DNA of 64,000 nt from Thermoproteota archaeon (lineage in GTDB: Archaea; Thermoproteota; Thermoprotei_A; EX4484-217-1; JAPDJV01): positions 3,256 through 67,255 of the forward strand of contig JAPDJV010000009.1 in the NCBI GenBank assembly GCA_029258925.1, written 5' to 3'. Every line of letters begins with the position of its first letter. Position 1 is the first letter of the stretch. Below, in pieces: positions 10,114 to 20,058 of this stretch. The translations under genes were made by a program, and so were the position numbers. The notes beneath the pieces are model-generated. The model searched no databases, was not told the DNA's origin, and was given only the letters and a program-made list of their open reading frames with translations.

Positions 10114-11177
10114 TCGTTATTGATGGGAGTATGGGAGAAGGAGGAGGACAGATTTTGAGAACGAGCATTGCACTATCTGCGCTAACTATGACACCAATAA
10201 AAATAGTTAACATAAGGGCAAAGAGGAGAAATCCAGGACTTGCTCGCCAGCACGTAACAGTAGTTAAAGTGATCAAGGCTTTGACAAATGCTGACGTCCG
10301 GGGCCTCGCCTTGAGATCGAAGACCTTGGATTTTTATCCTAGAAAAAGAGTATCGGGCTCCTTTAAGTTTGATGTTGGAACTGCAGGCAGTATCCCCCTA
10401 ATATTGCAGGCAATACTTCCCGTCATGGCTTTAGCTCCGGGTCCGATAAACTTAACTATTATAGGTGGAACCGATGTGCCGATGAGTCCCCCCATAGACT
10501 ACATAATCAACGTTTTTTTACGATACTTGAATAAAATGGGTTATTATCCATCAATAAGCATTGTTAGGAGAGGCCATTATCCTAGGGGAGGAGGTATAGT
10601 TCAGGTTGTATCTAAACCTATTGAAAAATTAACCCCGCTGAATTTGATTCGTAGGGGTAGAGTAGTAGAGATTAGAGGAAGGTCCCACTGTGTAAAACTT
10701 CCATCTCACGTAGCCGAGAGACAGGCATCATCCGCAAGTAGGATATTGAGGGAAGCAGGCTATAGGAACATATCAATAGATGTCGAGTACTATCCGCCTG
10801 AAAAAGACCCTCATCTAGGCCCAGGTAGCGGCATAGTACTGTGGGCGCTAACTAGTAATGAAAGTGTGCTGGGAGCTGATGCATTAGGAGCTAGGGGTAA
10901 GCCTGCCGAGGTTGTTGGAAGAGAGGCTGCTACTAAGCTGTTAGAAGAATTGAAGTCTGAGCAAGCATTAGACTCTCATTTAGGAGACATGATTATCCCG
11001 TTTCTGGCTATAGCCGATGGGATGTCCATCGTAGGTACTTCAAAATTAACTCTCCACACCATAACTAATATTGAGGTTGTAAGGTTGATTCTCGGAGTTA
11101 AAGTGGAGGTTACGGGATCTCTGGGTGAGCCGGGAATAATCAAAGTTGAGGGATTAGGAACTGCTAGCATTAAATGA
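10110..11177 (+). CDS. rtcA: RNA 3'-terminal phosphate cyclase
   Basis: 355 aa; IDGSMGEGGGQILRTSIALSAL N-terminus and the RtcA fold. Confidence 0.85.
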   Translation: MIVIDGSMGEGGGQILRTSIALSALTMTPIKIVNIRAKRRNPGLARQHVTVVKVIKALTNADVRGLALRSKTLDFYPRKRVSGSFKFDVGTAGSIPLILQAILPVMALAPGPINLTIIGGTDVPMSPPIDYIINVFLRYLNKMGYYPSISIVRRGHYPRGGGIVQVVSKPIEKLTPLNLIRRGRVVEIRGRSHCVKLPSHVAERQASSASRILREAGYRNISIDVEYYPPEKDPHLGPGSGIVLWALTSNESVLGADALGARGKPAEVVGREAATKLLEELKSEQALDSHLGDMIIPFLAIADGMSIVGTSKLTLHTITNIEVVRLILGVKVEVTGSLGEPGIIKVEGLGTASIK

Positions 11178-12185
11178 GTGTTCTCGGAGAAACTTCAGTA
11201 AATCGTCTAGCATCACACGTATTCCATAACCTGTCTTAGCACTAATTATGTAGATCTTCTCTACACGAAGTCGTCTCAATTCCTGTAATGCTTTCTCGAC
11301 ATCCTCCTTACTAGTTACATCTATCTTATTTATGGCAACAAATAGTTCCTTTTTTTGAAAACTTGCCATGATATCCTTCAAGACGTGGATTTGTTCTTGT
11401 AGAGAGTATATTCTCAGCTTTGAAACATCTATTAAATACAATATTATCCCTGGTAAATGTTCTAGTGCTGCAATTGCTCTTTGCTCTATGGGATTCCTTT
11501 CATGTAATGGTCTATCTAATAAACCGGGTGTGTCTATTATTTGGACTACAAGTTTACCAGACTTTAAATGTCCTACTATAATGTTTTTAGTTGTAAAGGG
11601 ATACGGTGCTATCTTGGGTTTAGCTGAGGATAATGTGCTCACTAAAGTTGATTTTCCTACTTGGGGCATGCCAGCCACTATTATTGTGGGTTTAAGGGGG
11701 TCTATTGAAGGGAAGGTTCTTGCATGGCTCATGGCATTCACTATTTTATCTATACACTTAAGCTTCCTTTTTACTATGGAGAGTATTCGTCCTACGCATT
11801 CTCTTCTTAGAGCTGAGATTCGGAAGCTTCGATTCTCTGAAAGCATTCTTCTCCTATAAATGCTCCATAAATTCCTAATGACCCCCCTGTACTTCCTAAT
11901 TTTTTTAATACACGACGTGAACTCATTTTCATCTATTATTGTGAAAAGAAGCTCTAAGTAAAATCTCGGCGTCTTATTTAAGTCAGGCATGCACCTAACG
12001 ATCTTACTTAGTTCATGCTCTATGATATTGTATACTGTGTCTAATCGTTGCAATTCGAATCTCTTTAAATCTTTAACTCTTTTTATTTTCGGGTATCTTC
12101 TTAACACTTTTTCAACTATCTGCCTAGAACTTAGCAGGTACCCTAAATTCTCATATGGTTGCCTATATTCCTTATCATTAGACAA
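11154..12185 (-). CDS. NOG1-family GTP-binding protein (Obg-like)
   Basis: 343 aa; AGMPQVGKST (G1), DTPGLLD (G3), NKID (G4), long helical N-terminus typical of NOG1. Confidence 0.8.
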   Translation of the reverse strand: MSNDKEYRQPYENLGYLLSSRQIVEKVLRRYPKIKRVKDLKRFELQRLDTVYNIIEHELSKIVRCMPDLNKTPRFYLELLFTIIDENEFTSCIKKIRKYRGVIRNLWSIYRRRMLSENRSFRISALRRECVGRILSIVKRKLKCIDKIVNAMSHARTFPSIDPLKPTIIVAGMPQVGKSTLVSTLSSAKPKIAPYPFTTKNIIVGHLKSGKLVVQIIDTPGLLDRPLHERNPIEQRAIAALEHLPGIILYLIDVSKLRIYSLQEQIHVLKDIMASFQKKELFVAINKIDVTSKEDVEKALQELRRLRVEKIYIISAKTGYGIRVMLDDLLKFLREHSFNASSS

Positions 12186-12202
12186 CTTTGTTCACTAAGC
12201 TT

Positions 12203-12472
12203 CTACTCTTTTACCCCTTTTCTCCATAGAATTCTTCCATTTTTATGTCTAATTTCAATTATTCTATGGAGGGGTATTAAAAACTCCTCTCCGCTTAAAT
12301 CAATTACTATATACCAGCTTCTAACATCTCTCACTTTATCAATTTCCACGGTTTTGCGATTTCCAGGAACCCCTCTATGTGTGAAAACTACTTCATATTC
12401 CTTTGGTGGAATATTCTTTGACCAAATTATCTTATTTAATATCTCTCTTATCTTGGACTTCTTTCTCTTCAA
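12203..12472 (-). CDS. DUF504/UPF0248 (MJ1316-type RNA 2',3'-cyclic-phosphate end recognition domain) protein
   Basis: 89 aa; KIIWSKN...YEVVFTHRG...IPLHRIIEIR pattern of the MJ1316 domain. Confidence 0.55.
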   Translation of the reverse strand: MKRKKSKIREILNKIIWSKNIPPKEYEVVFTHRGVPGNRKTVEIDKVRDVRSWYIVIDLSGEEFLIPLHRIIEIRHKNGRILWRKGVKE

Positions 12473-13128
12473 TTTCCACCAGCTATTGCAAGTACAGTAT
12501 TCCTTATTTCTGCCTGCAATTTTCTATACTGCTTTGCCTGCATATATGCTCTTCTAAGATTTATTGGATCAACTTTGAAAGACCTTGCTATTTTAAGTAT
12601 GGACGCTCTCCGCCCCATAACTACTTCATCATAAAGCAATTGGGCTAATGCCATTTTTACTCTGTCAGTTCTGGAGGCAAGTCTTGGATAATTATTTAAA
12701 ACGTTCGTTACTATATTATGTAGGGTTTCTCTTTGTGAACTACTGATGTTTTTCAGAACTTCTTCAAAAGACACTTTAACTATAGTCTTAACCATTTTAA
12801 CTTCTTCTCCATTTATAATCTTAGATGCTATATCATCGCGTATTTTTAGTCCTCTTCTCAAATTTTTTACTATGGGCTTTACTATCAAGTTATACCTAGA
12901 AATTCTCCTGTAAATTAGTGTAATATCTTTTCTATATTTCCTTCTTAAATAACGATCATGGACCTGTACATGCTCAGCCTTCTTAATGGGGGCCTCGTAT
13001 ATCCTATCTATTATTAACCCGCAGTTTCCACATATTATGTCTCCTCTCTTATTATCATAAACTATATTATGTGAGAGGCATTCTGGGCATCTGAGCACCT
13101 CTTTCACCGTGATTCTCGCACTCAGCAA
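12469..13128 (-). CDS. TFIIB-family zinc-ribbon protein lacking cyclin repeats (Tfb3-like paralog)
   Basis: 219 aa; N-terminal CPECLSHNIVYDNKRGDIICGNCGLI TFB Zn ribbon; the remainder is helical with no recognisable core cyclin folds. Confidence 0.5.
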   Translation of the reverse strand: MLSARITVKEVLRCPECLSHNIVYDNKRGDIICGNCGLIIDRIYEAPIKKAEHVQVHDRYLRRKYRKDITLIYRRISRYNLIVKPIVKNLRRGLKIRDDIASKIINGEEVKMVKTIVKVSFEEVLKNISSSQRETLHNIVTNVLNNYPRLASRTDRVKMALAQLLYDEVVMGRRASILKIARSFKVDPINLRRAYMQAKQYRKLQAEIRNTVLAIAGGN

Positions 13129-13273
13129 CTCTTTTAAGGTTATCCGTAACTAAACGTAGATGACGGAGACCCCATCGAAACTAAACTTCAATCAGAGATT
13201 TAAAGCAAAATATATTTTAGGACATACAGTATACCATCTAATGGTAATGGTCGAAAATACTTGAAGGAGGATA

Positions 13274-13882
13274 GTGCTTATGAGCTTTGAACGATATGGC
13301 ATAGGTGCAACAACTGTGGGAATTAGATGTGTTGATGGGGTAATATTAGGTTCTGAGAAGAGAATATCCTATGGAGGTTTTATTGTTAGCAAAGCTGGGA
13401 GGAAGGTTTTTAAAATAACCGATAGGCTTGGAGTGGCATTTGCGGGACTGTTTGCAGACATGCAGGCACTAACAAAGATAATGGAGGCTGAAATAAGGTT
13501 ATACGAGTATTCCATGAAGAGAGCTATGAGCATTAAATCAGCAGCAAAGTTACTATCAAACATACTATATTCAAGTAAGCTAACCCCGTTCATGTCTGAA
13601 GTGCTCATAGGAGGATATGATCCTAGTGGATTCCACCTATACGTACTTGATCCTCTAGGTTCATTACTAGAAGACGATTATGCATGTCTTGGGTCAGGAG
13701 CTCCAATTGCTATTGGCATAATAGAGGCCCAATATAAAAAGGATATAGATGTTAATGAGGGGGAGAAAATAGTGTTAAGAGCTATAAAGGGAGCTATAGA
13801 GAGAGACTCTATATCAGGCGATGGAATAGACTTACTGATTATTTCTAAAGAAGGATCTGTAATGAAGTCATTTAGGGTATAA
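13274..13882 (+). CDS. psmB: proteasome beta subunit (paralog 2)
   Basis: 202 aa; short propeptide then GATTVGI; Ntn-hydrolase proteasome family. Confidence 0.8.
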   Translation: MLMSFERYGIGATTVGIRCVDGVILGSEKRISYGGFIVSKAGRKVFKITDRLGVAFAGLFADMQALTKIMEAEIRLYEYSMKRAMSIKSAAKLLSNILYSSKLTPFMSEVLIGGYDPSGFHLYVLDPLGSLLEDDYACLGSGAPIAIGIIEAQYKKDIDVNEGEKIVLRAIKGAIERDSISGDGIDLLIISKEGSVMKSFRV

Positions 13883-14467
13883 TAGTTGTTTCTGTACTCT
13901 AAAGTATCATTAGGTTTCCGCGGATCCTTAACATGTTTTCTTTGACCCATAGTATTATGAATTGAAAAAAGTTCTAGATTCGAGTATATAGGTGATGTGA
14001 TTTCAAGGCCTCTCCAAAACCATTTGCTCCGAGCAGCATCTCTGCAAGCAACAGCTAACGCAAGGAGCTAATGGTGAGGGGAAATCGAAGCCTTAATGAG
14101 GCAGCCTACAGAAACATAAAATCTGCAGGAAATAGTATAGTAAAAATAACGTTGTATGCTCATAGCTAGCTTTTTCGCTGAAAATAGGCCTCCAAGTACA
14201 CACTCATAAAATATTGTCATCCTTAAGATACAATAAGGAACGAATACTTGTTCCTAAAAGAACCACATCTAACCGTTATAATGGATTTTAGGACAATAAC
14301 ACGTATTAAAATTGTCTTTTAAAGACCCGTAGCAACATAAATGCTCAGAATCATCCTCCCACTCTTATGGATATGGCGTTTCACAGAGTTAACTGATAAA
14401 TACCCCCTCGTTAGCTAATATTCTAGAGGTCTGGATACAGCTTCTATAGCTAGAAGGGTTAGTTGAA

Positions 14468-14917
14468 ATGGGTTTGATTAAAGTAAATGAAGTAGAAGCG
14501 TTTGTGCTACCTACACATCCGCACATACCAGTGCTTGAATGCCATTTAGAGGATGGCAGAAATTTCTACCTATACTATGTCCCCCTTGAGATTGTGGTGG
14601 CAATAAATAATCTTAGACATGGAGGAAAGTTCATTTCAGAAAGAGAGAGCGTTTATGACATACTAAGCTTTCTTAAAAACGATTTAAGGGGGGCTCTTGG
14701 AAAACACTTAGAGAAAGTTATCATAGACGAATTGAATCCTCAAACAATGCTTTATACTGCTACTCTGGAAATAAAAACGAATGGAGCCCTAATAAAGAGA
14801 AAGATGGTTCCAAGTCATGCAATATTCTTGGCGCTCATAGCAGAAAAGGAAATTTATGTTGAAAGCCGCTTAGTGGATCAGCAGGAGAAGCTGAGAAAGA
14901 AGGAGGGCGATTACTAG
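14468..14917 (+). CDS. bifunctional nuclease (BFN/DUF151) family protein
   Basis: 149 aa; central MVPSHAIFLALIAEKEIYV resembles the BFN domain core. Confidence 0.4.
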   Translation: MGLIKVNEVEAFVLPTHPHIPVLECHLEDGRNFYLYYVPLEIVVAINNLRHGGKFISERESVYDILSFLKNDLRGALGKHLEKVIIDELNPQTMLYTATLEIKTNGALIKRKMVPSHAIFLALIAEKEIYVESRLVDQQEKLRKKEGDY

Positions 14918-14968
14918 AATTTAAAATTACTTGGAGAAATTGCAGTAATAACGTATAATACTAAGGGT

Positions 14969-15412
14969 TCATCTAGTAGGTTTTTGTTTCTTCCCTTTAA
15001 GAAGAGCTGAAAGTGATACTCCATTTACAGCTATAACCTTATATCTTACACCGGGAAGGTCTCCCATGGATCTTCCTCTAGTCCCACCAATTCCCTCTAT
15101 GAGTACCTCGTCGTGTTCATCAATGAAGTTTAAAGCTCCGTCACCAGGACAGAAGGCAGTTACAACTTTTCCATTCTTTATCAACTGGACTCTAACACAC
15201 TTCCTAACAGCTGAATTAGGTTGACGTGACTCTATACCCACCTTTTCCAAAACTATGCCTTTTGCCATAGGTGCTCCTTCAAGAGGGTCAAACCTCTCCT
15301 TTATCCTCAGCATTCTCACTATAAACTCCCTTTGACTCCACCTAAACTTTAATCTCTTTTTTCTAAGCTTTCTAGCAGCGTATAGGCCATATGGACTCTT
15401 CTTACCTGGCAT
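14969..15412 (-). CDS. rps12: 30S ribosomal protein S12 (uS12)
   Basis: [16 protein letters not shown]...[13 protein letters not shown]...GGTRG uS12 signature. Start taken at the internal Met (CAT at 15410-15412). Confidence 0.9.
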   Translation of the reverse strand: MPGKKSPYGLYAARKLRKKRLKFRWSQREFIVRMLRIKERFDPLEGAPMAKGIVLEKVGIESRQPNSAVRKCVRVQLIKNGKVVTAFCPGDGALNFIDEHDEVLIEGIGGTRGRSMGDLPGVRYKVIAVNGVSLSALLKGKKQKPTR

Positions 15413-15460
15413 CTGTAACACACCTCTCAAGACTTTTGGTTTGCTAGGTTATTAATTTTT

Positions 15461-15904
15461 TCATGTGACAACTATGGTATCGATGTCATGGTATCTTTTA
15501 AGTATTAGACGCGCTCTTGCAACATTCTTTCCTGCTTTCCCAATAGCTACTCCCTTATCCTGCGGATCTACGGTAACGTGTATTATCCTCTTTCCCCCAA
15601 GTCTTTTAACAACCTTTACCGCTTTTACCCTGGCAGGAGCAAGGGCATTTTTCACTAGCTCCTCAAGGGTTTCTGCATACTCAACTACTTCAATATTCCT
15701 GCCGATCAATTTTCTAAGTCTTTTAACGTTCACTCCATTTTTACCTATAGCTAATCCCATGTCTCCAGGCTTTACTAAAAAGATGACTCTATTCTCCCCC
15801 TTATCAAGAATACAATCTTTCACGACGGCTCCCGTTAGGTCCTGGAACAGTGCAATGTATCTCATTTCCTCTGGTGTAAGTTTTATCTCAGGCAATTTGG
15901 GCAC
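15461..15904 (-). CDS. nusA: archaeal NusA-like transcription factor (two KH domains)
   Basis: 147 aa; two GxxG KH motifs (AIGKNGVNVKRL, AIGKAGKNVARA). Confidence 0.85.
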   Translation of the reverse strand: MPKLPEIKLTPEEMRYIALFQDLTGAVVKDCILDKGENRVIFLVKPGDMGLAIGKNGVNVKRLRKLIGRNIEVVEYAETLEELVKNALAPARVKAVKVVKRLGGKRIIHVTVDPQDKGVAIGKAGKNVARARLILKRYHDIDTIVVT

Positions 15905-16208
15905 CCTCCTCTTTAACTAGTTCTAAGACGTTCGAGGATCCTGGATCATATACTGTTATGGTTGATATCATAAAGGGTTTGCCACATAGTGTTCCAAGCT
16001 CTATGCTTGTACCCCTATACATGTAAACAGGTATTTTCGAGAGCCTCGAATAGTAAAGGATATCATCTTTAATATCTTCAGGGATATTAGAAGCAATTAT
16101 TATTAGCTTGGCTTTGCCTAATCTGGCCGCTTTCATAGCCTTATTTGCTCCAAAAGCTATTTTACCCGTTTTTAAAAGCATTTTAAGTTCAGACTCAAAC
16201 GATACCAT
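15888..16208 (-). CDS. rpl30e: 50S ribosomal protein L30e
   Basis: 106 aa; KTGKIAFGANKAMKAARLGKAKLIIIASN and the L30e/L7Ae fold. Confidence 0.85.
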   Translation of the reverse strand: MVSFESELKMLLKTGKIAFGANKAMKAARLGKAKLIIIASNIPEDIKDDILYYSRLSKIPVYMYRGTSIELGTLCGKPFMISTITVYDPGSSNVLELVKEEGAQIA

Positions 16209-16210
16209 AC

Positions 16211-17395
16211 CTACTTCTCACCCCTTCTACCTATTCTCATATATAGATCAACCATTCCGGTACCGAGAGGAATTACTTGGCCCACAATAACATTCTCAGT
16301 TATTCCCCTTAAATAATCAATTTCACCCTTCGCAGCGGCCTCCAGCAGGTGTCTTATAGTTACCTCAAATGCTGCTCTAGCTAAAACACTCTCTTTCTCC
16401 CCGCTAACTCCATGTCTACCTATCTGCTTTATGCTACCGGTTCTCGTCATTATGTCAGCTACTAGCATTACATGTCTAATGTCTACATCTAGGCCCTGAT
16501 CCTCTAGTACTTGCTGGATCTCGTTAATTATTGCCATTCGAGCTGCCTCTATCCCCAATACTTCCTCTATTTCATGAATATTGTTACTTACAGTTCTAGT
16601 ATAATCTACTCCCTTTATCTTCATTACAGCAGCTAGGTTGGATCCGTCAGTGACAAGGACGTATTCATCTCTTCTCTTTTGAACTATTACTCTCCTAACT
16701 CCTTTTATCCCCTTAATTTTACTTGCTAGTATTTTATCTCTTAATCTCTGGAGCTCCCCTAGCTCAACGTCTTCCTCGAACTCTACTCTTATAATATAGG
16801 GGCTATCTTCGTCTATTTTGGCATTCTTTACGCGTTTCATTTTTAAGATGTTTCTTAAAATCTTATCGACCTCTATTCCCTTATCTTCTAGCATTTCAGA
16901 GTCTAATTCGATTATTATTGAAGAAGTGAATAGATCTACGTCAACACTTTTCGTGACGTTTTCTATAGTGGTCATCTCTATTTTCCTAGCTATGGATATA
17001 GCTTTATCTTTATCGTGCCTATGTTCTTCGTCAAGGTACACTGTCATCATAGGAGTTGAGGGAGTCCTCCTAGCATCGACTATTTCTATGAGTCTAGGCA
17101 AACCGAGAGTGACATTAAACTCTCTTACACCTGCATAATGGAATGTTCTGAGAGTCATCTGAGTACTCGGCTCGCCGATGCTTTGAGCTGCGACAGTACC
17201 CACGGGTTCCCCTGGTTCTACTAGTGAAGACCAGTATTCTCTGATAACTTCCTGCAAGATCCTCTCTAAATCCTCCATAGTTATCTCTATTTTCGAAATC
17301 TTCTCCTTTAATTCCTCTATTATCGAAAGGGGTAAGATATTTGCGTATTTTTCTATAATAGCACTCTTCTCCTCTAAGCTCAAGTACTTCGGCAT
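16211..17395 (-). CDS. rpoA2: DNA-directed RNA polymerase subunit A''
   Basis: 394 aa; C-terminal Rpb1 homology (trigger-loop region, GITENVIVGQVIPLGTG). Confidence 0.9.
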   Translation of the reverse strand: MPKYLSLEEKSAIIEKYANILPLSIIEELKEKISKIEITMEDLERILQEVIREYWSSLVEPGEPVGTVAAQSIGEPSTQMTLRTFHYAGVREFNVTLGLPRLIEIVDARRTPSTPMMTVYLDEEHRHDKDKAISIARKIEMTTIENVTKSVDVDLFTSSIIIELDSEMLEDKGIEVDKILRNILKMKRVKNAKIDEDSPYIIRVEFEEDVELGELQRLRDKILASKIKGIKGVRRVIVQKRRDEYVLVTDGSNLAAVMKIKGVDYTRTVSNNIHEIEEVLGIEAARMAIINEIQQVLEDQGLDVDIRHVMLVADIMTRTGSIKQIGRHGVSGEKESVLARAAFEVTIRHLLEAAAKGEIDYLRGITENVIVGQVIPLGTGMVDLYMRIGRRGEK

Positions 17396-17396
17396 G

Positions 17397-20057
17397 TTAT
17401 ATCACCGCCTTATGGCCTAGAACCCTTTCAATAACCTTGTCTATGTTAACTGGCTTTCCATGGTCGCTTTTAGCTGGGTCGACCCCGTCTTCTCCATAAG
17501 CAAATTGCACTATATCCCCTGTAGTAAGCCTAACTGTCCCATCATATTCTACTCTTATATCTTGAAGAGCATTTATTAATCTCCTCTGCATGTACCCGCT
17601 CTGAGAGGTTCTCACAGCGGTATCCACTAAGCCCTCCCTTCCACCTGCAGCATGGAAGAACATCTCTATAGGGTTTAGTCCATCTTTGAAACTTCGCTCC
17701 ACAAATCCCCTAGCTGCAGCAGATAAATCCCCTGGCTTGAAGTGAGGTAATGTACGATCCTTATATCCTCTAGTTATCCTCTGTCCCCTAACTGATTGCT
17801 GTCCTAATGTGGCAGCCATCTGTGTTAGGTTGAGAATATTGCCCCTAGCGCCTGCTCTCGCCATAATGTATGCATTATTGAATTTGTAGAGGTATTCGGC
17901 AGCTACCTCACCTGCCGAGTCTCTAGCCTCTGCTAAAACCTCCATAATCCTCATTTCGAGAGTTTCTTCGAGCGTTCTTCCTGGAATGGGTTCGAGCTCC
18001 CCTTTCTTGTAAGCGTCTATAAGCTTAGCAACTCTATCATATGCATCCTCCAAGATCTCTCTTATTCTCATTGTGGCCTCAGCGGGCACCTCGACATCAT
18101 CAAGGGTCATAGTGAACCCTCTGTACTCCAGGAAGCACGTGAACATTCTAAAAGTATTGTCTATAAAAATTCTAGCAGCATCAGTACCGAAGTCCTTTAT
18201 AATCCTATGTAGAACGCTCTCAGGAACTTGTGCGCCTATAGATTTCTTATCGAAAACCCCAGCTAGAAGCCTACCTCTCCTTATGACAACGAAGGCGTCA
18301 TGAGGACACTGCTCTTTAACACACACAGCACATTTCTGGCAGATATTTGCTTTTAGAGAGTAGTTCAATTTAGGAGGAAGGAATAAGCTTATTAGCTGTT
18401 TTCCTGTCCAGTACACCTTTGGTGAAAGTATTACGGGTTCTGGTAGAGCATCATCGTATTTTGCAGTAGCCAGCAGATCTGAGGCCAGCCTCTTCTCTAG
18501 AAGAGTAGCCTTACTGGTCAAGAGATATGCTCCTGAAATATAATCCTGGAGACCTCCTATTATCGGCCCTCCATAGCGAGGCGACAATATTTGATTTTGA
18601 ACGAGCATTAGTATTCTAGCTTCTGCACGCGCCTCCTCGGTTTGAGGTACATGAAGATTCATTTCGTCTCCATCGAAATCTGCATTATAAGGTGGACACA
18701 CGGTTAAATTGAGTCTAAAAGTCCTACCTGGCAACACCTTGACCGCGTGAGCCATAATGGACATTCTATGTAAGGACGGCTGCCTATTAAATAGAACAAT
18801 GTCTCCATCCTTCAAATGTCTTTCAACAACAAACCCTGGAGCCAAGGTCTCTGCAAGAGCTTTCCTATCCTTAACAAACCTTAAATCAACTCTTCTACCG
18901 TCGGGTCTAACAATATAGTTTGCTCCAGGCCACTTCTCGGGACCGTTGACAACATATCGCCTAAGTTCCTCTATGTTCCATGGAGCTACTCTCTCAGGAA
19001 TAGTTAATATTTTTGCTATATCTAGCGGAACACCCACTTCGTTTATGCTCAAATTGGGATCTGGGGATATGACTGTTCTAGCAGAGAAATCTACTCTCTT
19101 ACCTGAGAGGTGCCCTCTAAACCTGCCCTCCTTACCCTTAAGTCTTTGAGCAAGAGTTCTGAGGGGCCTACCTGACCTATGTTTGGCTGGAGGTATGCCT
19201 GGGACCTCGTTGTCGAAATATGTGGTAACATGATATTGTAGTAGCTCCCACAGATCCTCTATAATGAGCTGCGGGGCTCCGGCTTCAATGTTCTCCTTTA
19301 ACCTCTCATTTATTCTCACGATGTCTACAAGCTTATGTGTTAAATCATCTTCTGCTCTCACACCAGATTCCAATAGTATTGAAGGTCTCACAGCTATGGG
19401 AGGAACGGGTAACACTGTGAGAATCATCCACTCCGGTCTAGAATGATCCGGATCTATCCCAACAAGTTTAACGTCTTCGTCTGGTATTTTCTCCAGTCTA
19501 GACCTTACCTCTATTGGGGTAAGTCTAACTATACCCTCCTTCCTTTCCTCGTAAAATGTTGTAGGCTTCTCAAGTCTTATTTTATATTGTCTCTCACCGC
19601 AGTGAGGACACGTCATAGTCTTCATAGCTTTTTTGAGGATATGGACATTGAGGCGCTCCGCTAGAACGGGCCAGTTCTCCTCAAGCTTCTTGAGCAACTT
19701 CAAATACCTTTTCATACTTCGGGGATTTATTAGTAATCTTCCACAGCTTCTACATACTGCTCTAAGAAGATTATGAATTATCTTAATGAAACCTACGTGA
19801 ACTACGGGTCTTGCAAGTTCGAGATGTCCAAAATGACCTGGACACTCACTCATAAAATTGCCACATATAGGGCATCTCTGTCCTGGCTCTAAGATTCCAA
19901 GCCTCCTATCCATTAGTCCTCCTTCAATAGGCATTCCGTCCTCGTCATAAGTGTCGGAGGTGATTATGGTGGTTACAGATATTCTTCTAATGTCCTCGGG
20001 TGAAAGGATCCCGAACTTTATTGCCTTAATTTTCTTGCCAGTACTCATCTGCATCAC
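17397..20057 (-). CDS. rpoA1: DNA-directed RNA polymerase subunit A'
   Basis: 886 aa; Zn-binding N-terminus (CPICG...CPGHFGH) and catalytic [10 protein letters not shown] motif. Confidence 0.95.
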   Translation of the reverse strand: MMQMSTGKKIKAIKFGILSPEDIRRISVTTIITSDTYDEDGMPIEGGLMDRRLGILEPGQRCPICGNFMSECPGHFGHLELARPVVHVGFIKIIHNLLRAVCRSCGRLLINPRSMKRYLKLLKKLEENWPVLAERLNVHILKKAMKTMTCPHCGERQYKIRLEKPTTFYEERKEGIVRLTPIEVRSRLEKIPDEDVKLVGIDPDHSRPEWMILTVLPVPPIAVRPSILLESGVRAEDDLTHKLVDIVRINERLKENIEAGAPQLIIEDLWELLQYHVTTYFDNEVPGIPPAKHRSGRPLRTLAQRLKGKEGRFRGHLSGKRVDFSARTVISPDPNLSINEVGVPLDIAKILTIPERVAPWNIEELRRYVVNGPEKWPGANYIVRPDGRRVDLRFVKDRKALAETLAPGFVVERHLKDGDIVLFNRQPSLHRMSIMAHAVKVLPGRTFRLNLTVCPPYNADFDGDEMNLHVPQTEEARAEARILMLVQNQILSPRYGGPIIGGLQDYISGAYLLTSKATLLEKRLASDLLATAKYDDALPEPVILSPKVYWTGKQLISLFLPPKLNYSLKANICQKCAVCVKEQCPHDAFVVIRRGRLLAGVFDKKSIGAQVPESVLHRIIKDFGTDAARIFIDNTFRMFTCFLEYRGFTMTLDDVEVPAEATMRIREILEDAYDRVAKLIDAYKKGELEPIPGRTLEETLEMRIMEVLAEARDSAGEVAAEYLYKFNNAYIMARAGARGNILNLTQMAATLGQQSVRGQRITRGYKDRTLPHFKPGDLSAAARGFVERSFKDGLNPIEMFFHAAGGREGLVDTAVRTSQSGYMQRRLINALQDIRVEYDGTVRLTTGDIVQFAYGEDGVDPAKSDHGKPVNIDKVIERVLGHKAVI

Positions 20058-20058
20058 C

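Noticed and set aside
12159-12648. Three plus-strand ORFs (81-132 aa) over the DUF504 / TFB-like gene region
   Set aside because: They are antisense shadows of two minus-strand genes with clear homology, and their predicted sequences are hydrophobic and low-complexity with no motifs.
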